Below are positions 1 to 11,319 of a stretch of DNA of 64,000 nucleotides, one piece after another. Position numbers and translations under genes: made by a program. The notes under the pieces were generated by a model, which saw only the letters and a list, made by a program, of their open reading frames with translations, was not told the DNA's origin and did not search any database. Each line of letters starts with the position of its first letter. Positions within the stretch are counted from its first letter, which is position 1. Source of the DNA: Cyanophora paradoxa CCMP329 (taxonomy: Eukaryota > Plantae > Glaucophyta); contig QPMI01000205.1 in the NCBI GenBank assembly GCA_004431415.1, positions 62,001-126,000 on the forward strand, read 5' to 3'.

Positions 1-650
1 TCCCGCTTCGCGTCCTCGAGCTCCCTGCGGCGCGCAGCGACACTCGCACGGGCGCAGTGGCATGCGGAGGAGCCTCGCACCGCGTCAGCTCCCGAATCTT
101 CTTGTCCGCCTCCAGCTTGACGCGATCCTGCTGGTCCTTGACGCGCTTTTTGAAGTCCTCCACGTCGCGCAGCGCCTGTGCCTTCTCTGCATCTTGCTGC
201 TTGATGTACTCCTGCGCGGTGTAGACGGACGGGCGCCTTAGCTACGCGGACGGGATGCGGAGCCGGCCGCACCGCCAGCTGCTCAGTAGCTTTAGCCTGC
301 TCCTTTCTCAGCTCAAGCTGCTTGCGGAACTCGTTGATCTTTGTGTACGCGTCCTTCAATATCTGCGCGCGAATGTCAGCCGAGCGCGGCTGCGCGTGGC
401 CGAGCGCACCTGATCGATTTCGCCCTCGTAGGCATCGGACAGGCCCTTGAGCTCGTACTCATGCTCGTCATTCTGTACATATGTGCATGCAGCGCGAGCT
501 GAGCGTGCGCTGCGCGTGGCCGGCCGGGCGACGGACCTTCGTGTTGAGGTGGTAGATGACCTTCGTTAGCTGGGCAATTTTCTTGGACATCTTGTGATGC
601 AAGTCGGGGAAGATGTTCTCGACGCCATCTCCGCCGCCCTTGGACGCCAT
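1..650 (-). CDS. FAM184-family coiled-coil protein, 5' part (spliced; runs off the window start)
   Basis: ATG at 650 gives MASKGGGDGVENIFPDLHHKMSKKIAQLTKVIYHLNTK|NDEHEYE. KMSKKIAQLTKVIYxLNTKNDEHE is the conserved FAM184 N-terminus. GT-AG introns follow. Confidence 0.8.
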
Positions 651-921
651 CACACTGCAGCCGCTTGTCTCGAGGGGTACGTGAGAAACCAAAACAGGGG
701 AGGTCTTCCAAAGGAATCCGCCGCCGGAGTCCAGCGTGCAATCCCAACACAGCGACCTTAGCTACAGCTATTGCGTTCCTAGTGGGGCGCCCCCTTTGTC
801 AGAGCGTGAGAGCAGGCGGCAGTGCGCGAGAAGGGCCACAAGCAGGTTTTAGACGCTCCTGTGGTGCAACTGAGCTACACAGCGGCGGGGCGCAGCGGTG
901 GCTGCGCGACTGCCAACAGCC

Positions 922-2192
922 ATGCAGCCGACCGGGGCCGTGAAAGTCGTCCAGCATGTGAAAGTCGCGCAGGAGCTTTACAAGCCTTTCAGGGAGACGA
1001 ACATCGCAGAGCGAGATAGGCACATAGGTCAGTTACCCGTGCCCTGCCCCCTCGGCTTCCGCGGCGGCCCCGCCCGCTGCCTCCTCCTCAGCCCAGCCCG
1101 GTCGCGGCCGCCGCGGCGCCTCGTAGCTGGGAGACTAACGCGGTTGCAGCCACGGAGCCGACGTACACCACTCTTAAGCACGACCGGATCCACTGGTTAC
1201 GAGACGGAGCCGGCAGGTCACTCGGCAAGGCGGAGCGCTTTCGTGAAGCTCGGCCGCTACCTGCGACGGACGCGTTCTACGATATTGACACGGGGCCCAA
1301 GCGCGGCGTATCTCGATCCGTAGGTGCGAACACGGATCTCGATCCGTGGGCGGGGCCGTCGTGCCGCTCGGCCGGGGCTGAGGGGCGGGCCCGAGCGGCG
1401 CCGGAGGATGGTGGGGGGCGCGGGCGGGTTCCCCTACGGGGGCACCCGCTTCCCCCCCCCCACCCCCCCACCCCCCACCCACCCAATTGCCCCCCACCCC
1501 GCCGCCCCTTTCCCAGCCCCCGCCCCTCACCCCACCTCCAGAGGTATCGGGTGACTCCGCGACGGGCTTTAGATCCGAGGCTCCTCGACAGTACGAAAAG
1601 GTTGGCCGCGTGCTGATCGACAGTTCTGCTCATCTGACGCAATTGGCAGAGAGACGATCACCCGTGGGTCGGGGTGCGCTCGAACGAGCGCAGCGCGCGG
1701 CAACTTTAGGCTGGTAACCCGCGCCCGGCAGCCTGGGAGCTACGACCCGAAGCCCGTCGAGCGGCCGCCCCTCGAGCAGCTTCCTACGCCGGCATTTAGA
1801 TCTGGCAGCTCCCGGCTCACGAAGCTGCCCCGCATGCACGGCCCGACGTACTCGAGGTCCGGTGCGCGTCGCAAGATTGACGGCGCGGGACTGACCTAGC
1901 GGACAGCGTGGACGCAGATAGAAGGCACTGGGTGAGGAGAGGATTCTCACAGCAGGAGTGGAATGCGAACGGGCGGTCATTCGGAAAAGACATGCGCTTT
2001 GGAGGATCTCCTGGGGGTTCTGGCAACTCGGTCGGCCCAGGCGCATATCAACTTACGACCCAGTGGCCGGATCCAAAGAAGCAGCGACAAAAGGTCCGTC
2101 GGCTTCGCTGCCTTCCTTTGACTCCTACAGTTGCAAAGCTCTGATCTGGCGACCCCTGCTGTGCGCCGCGGCAGCCCAAGCGATATATGTGA
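922..2192 (+). CDS. Putative SHIPPO/ODF3/STPG-like (PGPGAY-repeat) flagellar protein, about 7 exons
   Basis: Spliced frame MQPTGAVKVV...DAFYDIDTGPK...LGAYDPKP...PAFRSGSSRL...GRSFGKDMRF...SVGPGAYQL...PKRYM*. GPGAY and SFGKxxRF motifs are typical of SHIPPO repeats. Exon model made by eye. Confidence 0.5.
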
Positions 2193-2794
2193 CTCAATGA
2201 GGTTGCCCTGTTTCATGAATTTGAATACCACATTATACTGCTCTCAAGCGAGGGGTGCCGTTAATTTGGGGGCGCTGCCTGCTGAATTCGGAAGCTGCTT
2301 GTGCCGTGCCACGGTGATGCTCAGCAGCCTGGCAGCTCCGAGGCTCGGCCGCGGCGCCGGCCCCGGCCCAGCTTGACTCAGTGAGCTCGAGAAAGCTGCA
2401 AGCGCGCGCGGCCGCGGGCGGCCCGGCGGGCGGGGCTACCCGGCCGCGGGCGTGGACCGTCGGACGGGCCGCCGGGCACTGCGGCACTCTAAATTTAACG
2501 CTAACATTCTCTATCCCGTTCTCTAACCCCAAGCACATGGCTAGGGCCTGGGGCAGGCCAAGGGGCACGGAACAAGTCAACGCAGTTGCAGCTCGCGGAT
2601 TCTTTGAATTAATTCGATTTCAAGTCATTAGGAGTCGTATAGTAGCTAGCTAGTGGTACATGGTCGGGAAGAGCCGACAGAGCGCGAGGGCTGAAGTGGG
2701 GGCCGGGAAAAAGAGGAGCGGGGCGGGCAGAGGAGCGGAGCGGGCAGAGGGGGCCTGGGGCAGGACTACGGACTACGGGGACTTGCCTCCTGCG

Positions 2795-3224
2795 CTAGCT
2801 GCTCTTAGCACCGAGCTCTTCTTGGTAAGCTGCCTCCTGCGCGGCGATAAGCCACCAGGAGCGGGAGCCGCGTTCAAAAACTTAGCTACGGGCGCGCCCA
2901 CGCACCGCGGGCGACGTGACGGAAGAGAGCGAGAAGATTCGTTCTGAAGCCTTAGGCGGCTGCGCCTGCTTGGGCGGGGCATCCGGGTTCTTCTTCTTCT
3001 GCAAGAAGCCATCCCAACCCCTGACGACGTTGCCGAAGCTCGCCGTCTCAACCAGATACGACTGCTCAAGTTCGAAGATCTGATTCTCCACCCGCTTCAG
3101 CTCATCCTCGAGGGTCTGCTTCCTCTGTGCGGGAGCGGTCAGCGGGCGCCAGCTTCCCGTGCGAGGCGCGCTCGCGAACTTTCTGCAGGTCCGAAATCGA
3201 CTCTGACTTCTTTTGCTCCGCCAT
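2795..3224 (-). CDS. EAF6: NuA4/chromatin-modification subunit EAF6 (3 exons)
   Basis: LKRVENQIFELEQSYLVETASFGNVVRGWDGFL...ERIFSLSSVTSP matches the Eaf6 signature. ATG at 3224, TAG at 2795-2797. Confidence 0.9.
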
Positions 3225-3487
3225 TCGAAGCGCTACCCGAACCCGAAGCGCGCCTGAGGACGATGCGCGGCCTAGATCGATTTCAGCGTTCGGCGCACGC
3301 GCTTGGTTAGAAGGCGTGCACCTGCTTAAGGTGGATACCAGTTCGGGAGAAGCGGGCACGTCGGGCGGGACTAGTTGGTTGACGAGGGGTACAGTCGTCG
3401 TTCGGAGCGGCCTCAAAACCTCGCGCTCGACGGCACAGCAGCCTCGCGGTTGTTCGTCGCGAGGGGCGGTGCGTGTAGCGCGACAAG

Positions 3488-6400
3488 ATGAAGAGCGCGG
3501 AGGATGCGGCTCGCCTGAAGCAGTACGACTACAAAGCCGTGCGTCCGCCGAATGCTTCGTGCCGCTCACGCTGTATATGCGACAAAAACGCGGGACGTGA
3601 TTAACCTGCGCCCCCGCAGAACTCCAGCCTCGTGCTTCAGTCGGAAAACAGGCATCGATCCGATGAACCCACGGGCGAGCCTGAGAGTCTGGCGGGGCGC
3701 ATTCGTGGCAAGTTCGGCGATCGTGTCGGCTACAGTCGCCCGAAGGAGCTCGAGGAGAAGATTGAGAAGCTGAAGAAGAAGTGCGTGGACCACCGCTCGC
3801 CCCGATTCGCTCGTCAGCTCATTCGCCGCATTTACCTTGCTTGCGCGTTGCAGGCGTGAGAAGAAGACTGCAGACGAGAGTGCCGCGAAGGACAAGAAGA
3901 AGAAGGTCTGCCAATGGCTCAATCGCCTCTTTCCCACGCTGACCGCGCTCCGCTCCCCCGTCCCTCTTGCGTCGTACGCAGACTGGGCACAATGTGCTTG
4001 CGGCAACCGAGGAGGTCGACAGCGGCTACAAGCCGAAGACGAAGGAAACGAAGGCGGCGTACGAGCTCACGTTGAGCTTTATCCAGCAGCAGATCGGCGA
4101 TCAGCCACAAGACATTCTCAGAGGCGCCGCCGATGAGGTGCTCGGGCTCCTCAAGAACGACAAGCTTCGGGTTCGTGAGGGTCGGATGTGCGACTCGTTA
4201 GCTCGAGCTCAGGCACGCGTGCAGGACTCTGACAAGAAGAAGGAGATCGAGAGGATCATCAACCCGATGTCCTCGGAGCGCTTCGCGCACCTCATGCAGC
4301 TGGGGTCAAAGATCACGGACTGGTCGGCAGAGGAGGCCGCGGGCGGCGCGGGTGGTGAAGGTGCTTTTCTCCTCCTTAGCTATGCCACACTCGTTCCAGG
4401 CACTCACCCAGCGCGCTTAGGCGGCGACACGCTTGATGACGAGCACGGTGTTGCCGTCGTGTTCGACGAGGAGGAGGAGGAGGACGAGAGCGACATCGAC
4501 GAAGTCCGCGAGGAGGAGGACGAGGACGAGGGCGCGGAAGCGTCGGCATCGAATGCGCTCGGACAGGTCCGCCCGGCCCCGCGTTGGGTCAGCGACCCGT
4601 CGGCGAGACCGCCGGCCCGCAGGCGAACGCGGACGAGGAGGACGAGGACGAGGAGGCGCGGAAGGGGATCATCCCCGTGCAGGACATCGACGCGTTCTGG
4701 CTGCAGCGCAACGTCGGCAAGTTCTACGCGGAGTCGCAGGACCCGCACCAGGCGCAGCGCATGGCCGAGGAGGTCCTCGCGATCATGGGCAGCGGCGCCG
4801 ACGACCGCGAGGTGGAGAACAAGCTCGTCATGCTCCTCGACTACGACAAGTTCGACTTCATCAAGGTCCTCCTGCGCAACCGGCAGAAGGGTGCGCCGGC
4901 GCCCCGCGGCGGTCGCGCGCCCCGCTGACGCGCCTGCAGTCGTCTACTGCACGCGCCTCGGCCAGGCGCAGACCGACGAAGAGCGCAACGCGATCGAGGC
5001 GGAGATGATGGGCTCGCCGGAGCTCGAGTCGATCCTGGCGGCGATCTCGCGCGTGCGCGGGACCAAGTCGGACCGCGTGCGCGACATCGAGGAGAACGTG
5101 CGCAAGGAGGCGAAGCGGCTCGCCCGCGAGGGCCGCCAGAAGGGCCGGGAGGACGACGGGGACGAGATCATGGCGGGGACGGCCGGCGACGAGGGCGCCG
5201 TGCGCGCCCGCGGCACGGTCGACCTCGAGGCCCTCTCGTTCGCCCAGGGCGGCCACCTCATGGCCAACAAGTCCTGCCAGCTGCCCCCCGGCTCCTTCCG
5301 CACCCAGAAGAAGGCGCGGCGCGCGGCGCCCCTCCCCGCGGCGCGCGGCTGACCCCGTGCAGGGCTACGAGGAGGTGCACGTGCCGGCGCTCAAGGCGAA
5401 GCCCTTCGCCGACGACGAGAAGCTCGTCAACATCGGCGACATGCCCGAGTGGGCGCAGCCGGCCTTCTCCGGTCCGCCCCCCCGTGGCGGCCTGTACCCC
5501 GCGCGCCCCCCGCTCACCGCGCGCGCAGGCATGAAGACGCTGAACCGGATCCAGTCGCGGGTGCACAAGACGGCGCTGTACTCGGGGGAGAACATGCTGG
5601 TGTGCGCGCCGACGGGGGCGGGCAAGACGAACATCGCCATGCTCTCGATGCTGCACGAGATCGGCCTGCACCGCAACGAGGACGGCACCGTCCGCGGCGA
5701 CGAGTTCAAGATCGTCTACGTGGCCCCCATGAAGGCCCTCGTCGCTGAGATGGCGCGCCCCGCCCGCCCCCCGCCCGCCCCCCTCGCTCGGCGCGCGCCG
5801 GGCGAGCCCCGCCGCAGGTCGGCAACTTCTCGAAGCGGCTGGAGCCGTACGGCCTGACGGTGCGGGAGCTCACGGGAGACATGCAGCTCTCCAAGCAGCA
5901 GATCATGGAGACCCAGGCGCGCCGCCGTCGCTGTCCCGCCCCGACTCCCGGCGCTGAGCCGGCGGCAGGTGATCGTGACGACGCCCGAGAAGTGGGACAT
6001 CATCACCCGCAAGTCGGGCGACCGCACCTACACGCAGCTCGTCCGCCTCATCATCATCGACGAGGTCCGCGCGGCGCCGGCCCCGCGCCGCCGCGCCCCG
6101 CCGGGGCTGACGCGGGGGGCAGATCCACCTGCTGCACGACGACCGCGGCCCGGTGCTGGAGTCGATCGTGGCGCGCTCGATCCGGTACATCGAGCAGACC
6201 CAGGAGATGATCCGCATCGTCGGGCTCTCGGCGACGCTGCCGAACTACGACGACGTGGCGACCTTCCTCCGCGTCAAGATCGACAAGGGCCTCTTCGTGT
6301 TCGACAACTCGTTCCGCCCGTGCCCGCTGCAGCAGCAGTACATCGGCATCACCGAGAAGAAGGCCATCAAGCGCTTCCAGCTCATGAACGAGATCACGTA

Positions 6401-9400
6401 CGAGAAGGTCATGGAGCAGGCCGGCAAGAACCAGGTCCTCGTCTTCGTCCACTCGCGCAAGGAGACGGCGAAGACGGCCAAGGCGCTGCGGGACATGGCG
6501 CTCGACAACGACGCCCTCGCCAAGTTCATCCGCGACGGCTCCGAGTCCCGCAAGATCCTGCGCGACGAGGCGGAGACGTGCAAGAACCCGCAGCTCAAGG
6601 AGATCCTCCCCTACGGCTTCGGCATCCACCACGCCGGCATGCAGCGCCTCGACCGCACCCTCGTCGAGGACCTCTTCGCCGCCGGCCACATCCAGGCGCG
6701 CCCCGCGTCCCCGCCCCGCGCCGACCCGCCGCCCTGACACGTGCGGCAGGTGCTGGTGTCGACGGCGACGCTGGCGTGGGGCGTGAACCTGCCGGCACAC
6801 ACGGTCATCATCAAGGGGACGCAGATCTACAGCCCGGAGCTGGGTCGCTGGACGGAGCTCTCCCCGCTGGACGTCATGCAGATGATGGGGCGCGCCGGGC
6901 GGCCGCAGTTCGACACCTTCGGGGAAGGCATCATCATCACGTCGCACGCGGAGCTGCAGTACTACCTCTCGCTGCTGAACCAGCAGCTCCCGATCGAGTC
7001 GCAGTACATCTCGAAGCTCGCCGACAACCTCAACGCCGAGGTCGTCCTCGGCACCGTCACCAACGCCAAGCAGGCCGTCAACTGGCTCGGCTACACCTAC
7101 CTCTACGTCCGCATGCTGCGCAACCCCGCCCTCTACGGCATCTCCCTGGACGACGCCAAGGAGGACCCCTACCTCGAGGCGCGCCGCGCCGAGCTCATCC
7201 ACAGCGCCGCCGCGCTGCTCGACAAGCACAACCTCGTCAAGTACGACAAGAAGACGGGGGCGCTGCAGGCGACGGACCTGGGGCGCGTGTCGGCGCACTT
7301 CTACGTGACGTACCACAGCGTGGCGACGTTCAACGAGCACCTGAAGCCGACGCTGGGGGACATCGAGATCTTCCGCCTCTTCTCCCTCTCGGACGAGTTC
7401 AAGTACATCACCGTCCGCGAGGAGGAGAAGCTCGAGCTCGCCAAGCTCACCGAGAAGGTCCCCGTCCCCGTCAAGGAGTCCGTCGAGGAGCCCTCCGCCA
7501 AGGCCCGCCCGCCCCGCCCCGCCCCGCCCCGCCCGGGCCCCCGCTCGACCCCGCTGACGGGGCGGGCAGGTGAACGTGCTGCTGCAGGCGTACATCTCGC
7601 AGCTCAAGCTCGAGGGCTTCGCCCTCATGGCGGACATGGTCTACGTGACGCAGAGCGCGGGGCGCATCATGCGCGCCCTCTTCGAGATCTCCCTGAAGCG
7701 CGGCTGGGCGCACGTCGCCATCAAGTGCCTCAACCTCTGCAAGATGATCGAGAAGCGCTCCTGGGGCTCGCAGAGCCCGCTGCGCCAGTTCAAGGGCGTC
7801 CCCGACGAGATCGTCAAGAAGCTCGAGAAGAAGGACCTCCCGTGGGAGCGCTACTACGACCTGAGCCCGCAGGAGCTGGGCGAGCTCATCCGGACGCCCA
7901 AGCTGGGGAAGACGATGCACCGCTTCATCCACCAGCTGCCGCGCCTCGAGCTGGCGGCGCACGTGCAGCCCATCACCCGCTCCCTCCTCCGCGTCGAGCT
8001 CACCGTCACCCCCGACTTCCAGGCCCGCCCCGCCCCGCCCCCCCTCCCCCCGCCCCCCCTCTGACGCGCGCGCAGTTCGACGAGAAGGTGCACGGGTACG
8101 CGGAGCCGTTCTGGATCATCGTGGAGGACTGCGACGGGGAGAACGTGCTCCACCACGAGTACTTCGTCCTCAAGGGCCGCTACGCGCAGGACCCGCACCA
8201 CGTCACCTTCACCGTGCCCCTCTTCGAGCCGCTGCCGCCGCAGTACTTCGTCCGCGTCGTCTCCGAGCGCTGGCTCGCCTCGGAGGCCGTCGTCCCCATC
8301 TCCTTCCGCCACCTCCTCCTCCCCGAGAAGTACGCCCCGCACACCGAGCTCCTCGACCTCGCCCCGGTCCCCGCCCCCCCGCCCGCCCCGGCCCCTCGGC
8401 CCGCGCTCCGCCCCGCGCTGACGGGCGCCCAGCTGCCGGTGACGTCGCTGCGGAACGCGGAGTTTGAGCTGCTGTACAAGGGGATCAGCCACTTCAACCC
8501 GATCCAGACGCAGGTCTTCTCGACGCTCTTCAACAGCGACGAGAGCTGCCTCATCGGGGCCCCGACGGGCTCGGGCAAGACCTTCTGCGCCGAGTTCGCC
8601 CTCTTCCGCATGCTCTCCCAGCACGAGGGCGGCGGCCGCGCCGTCTACGTCGCCCCCATGGAGGCCATCGCCCACGAGCGCTACACCGACTGGTCCAAGC
8701 GGTCCGCCCCGCCCCGCCCCGCCCCGGCCGCTTACTTGTGTCGAGTCGAACCGGCGCCGCAGCTTCGGGTCGCTGGGCTGCCGCGTGGTGGAGCTCACGG
8801 GCGAGGCCTCGCAGGACCTGAAGCTCATGTCCGCCCCCGCCCCGCCCGCATCCCCCTCGCCCCCCGCGGCGCCCCCGCTGAGGCGCGGGGTCGCGCAGTG
8901 AGAAGGCGAACATCGTGGTGAGCACGGCGGAGCGGTGGGACATGATCTCGCGGCGGTGGAAGCAGCGGAAGAACGTGCAGAACACGAACCTGTTCATCGT
9001 GGACGAGCTGCACCTGATCGGGGGCGAGCTGGGCCCCATCCTCGAGGTCGTCGTCTCGCGCATGCGCTACATCTCCGCCCAGACGGAGAACGCGATCCGC
9101 ATCGTCGGCCTCACCACCTCCCTCGCCAACGCCCGCGACCTCGGCGAGTGGATGGGCGCCAAGCCCCACACCCTCTTCAACTTCCACCCCAACGTCCGCC
9201 CCGTGCCCCTCGAGATCCACATCCAGGGCGTCGACATGGGCGGCTCGAGCGGCGCCAGCCACGCCTCCCGCCTCCTCGCCATGTCCAAGCCCGTGTACTA
9301 CGCCATCGCGAACCACGCGAGCAGCGCCAAGGGCGAGAAGCCGGTCATCATCTTCGTCTCCTCCCGCAAGCAGACGCGCCTCGTCGCCGTCGACCTCCTC

Positions 9401-11319
9401 ACCTACGCGGCCGGCGACGATCGCGCCAAGCGCTTCCTCCTCGCCGCCGAGTCGGACCTCGCGGCGTACCTCGAGCAGGTCGCCGACGCGGCGCTCAAGA
9501 GCACCCTCGCCTGCGGCATCGCCTACCTCCACGAGGGCCTCACCCCCGGGGACCGCCACATCGTCACGACGCTCTTCGCCGCCGGCGCCGTGCAGGTCCT
9601 CGTCGCGACGCACACCTCGTGCTGGGGCATGACCGTCGCCGCGCACCTCGTGGTCATCATGGGGACGCAGCACTACGACGGGCGGCAGCACGCCTACGTG
9701 GACTACCCCATCACGGACCTGCTGCAGATGATGGGCCGCGCCTCGCGCCCGCTGGTGGACGACTCGGGCAAGTGCGTGATCCTCTGCCACGCCCCCAAGA
9801 AGGAGTACTACAAGCGCTTCCTGTACGAGCCGTTCCCCGTCGAGTCGCACGTGGACGCCGTGCTCCACGACCACTTCAACGCGGAGATCGTCGTCCGCAC
9901 CATCGAGAACAAGCAGGACGCCGTGGACTACCTCACGTGGACCTTCCTCTACCGGCGCCTGACGCTGAACCCGAACTACTACAACCTGACGGGGACGTCG
10001 CACCGGCACCTGTCGGACCACCTGTCGGAGCTGGTGGAGAACACGCTGAGCGACCTGGAGCAGGCGAAGATGATCTCCATCGAGAACGAGATGGACCTCG
10101 CCCCCCTCAACCTCGGCATGATCGCCGCCTACTACTGTCCGCCCCCGCCCCCGCCCCGCTTCCTCCGCCCCGCGCGCCGGCTCACAGCGCGGCAGACATC
10201 CGGTACACGACGGTGGAGCTCTTCAGCAGCTCGCTCACGGCCTCGACCAAGCTCAAGGGCCTGCTCGAGATCATGTGCTCGGCCGCCGAGTACGAGAAGC
10301 TGCCGCTGCGCCACAACGAGGACCTCACCCTCAAGCACCTCGCCGCGCACCTGCCCCTCAAGGCCCGCCCCGCCCCGCCCCGCCCCGCCGCGCCGGCGCT
10401 GAGGGCGGTGCCGGGGGCAGGTGGATGTGTCGCGGGTGGACGTGCACACGAAGGCGAACGTGCTGCTGCAGGCGCACTTCAGCCGGACGTCGCTCCCCAC
10501 GGACCTGGCGCAGGACCAGGAGGCCGTCCTCCTGGACGCCCTCCGCCTCCTCCAGGCCATCGTCGACGTCATCTCCTCCTCGGGCTGGCTCACCCCGGCC
10601 CTCGCCGCCATGGAGCTCTCCCAGATGACCGTCCAGGCCCTCTGGGACCGCGACTCGCCCCTCCTCCAGCTCCCGCACGTCGGCGGCGAGGTCGTCGCCC
10701 GCGCCAAGGCCGCCGGCGTCGAGTCGATCTTCGACCTGATGGAGCTCGAGGACGGGAAGCGCGCCGACGTCCTCCGCATGACCCCCTCCCAGGTCAAGGA
10801 CGTCGCCCGCGCCGCCAACCGGTCCGCCCCGCCCCCTCCCCCCGCCGGGCCGCGCTGACGGGGCGGCAGGTACCCGAACATCGACGTGTCGTACGAGCTG
10901 CCGGGCGGGGAGAGCGCGGCGGCCGGCAGCAGCGTCGCCGTCGCCGTCGCCCTCGAGCGGGACGCCGCCGACGAGGACAACTCCTCCCCCTCGGGCGCCA
11001 CCGTCGTGCACGCCCCCTTCTACCCCAAGCAGAAGGAGGAGGGCTGGTGGCTCGTCGTCGGCGACCCCAAGGGCAACAGCCTCCTCTCCATCAAGCGCGT
11101 CGCCGTGCCCCCGGGGCGCAAGACGAAGATCAAGCTGGACTTCACGGCGCCGGCCGCCCCCGGCGACTACGACCTCACCCTCTACCTCATGTGCGACTCC
11201 TACACCGGCTGCGACCAGGTGCCCCCCGCCCCGCCCCGCCCCTCTGCCCCCCGCCTCACCCCCCCCTGCAGGAGTACGAGTTCAAGCTCTCCGTCTCGGA
11301 GGCGATGGAGGAGGACTGA
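3488..11319 (+). CDS. SNRNP200: U5 snRNP 200 kDa helicase Brr2 (23 exons, 22 introns)
   Basis: N-terminus QYDYKANSSLVLQ. Two Ski2-type helicase cassettes ([12 protein letters not shown] and [21 protein letters not shown]), two Sec63 domains, and C-terminal [14 protein letters not shown]. All introns traced by hand. Confidence 0.98.

Noticed and set aside
3488-11319. Introner-type mobile introns, or U12/other non-canonical splice sites
   Set aside because: Introns share only low-complexity CCCCG arrays and a branch motif, not alignable sequence. All traced junctions are GT-AG or GC-AG.
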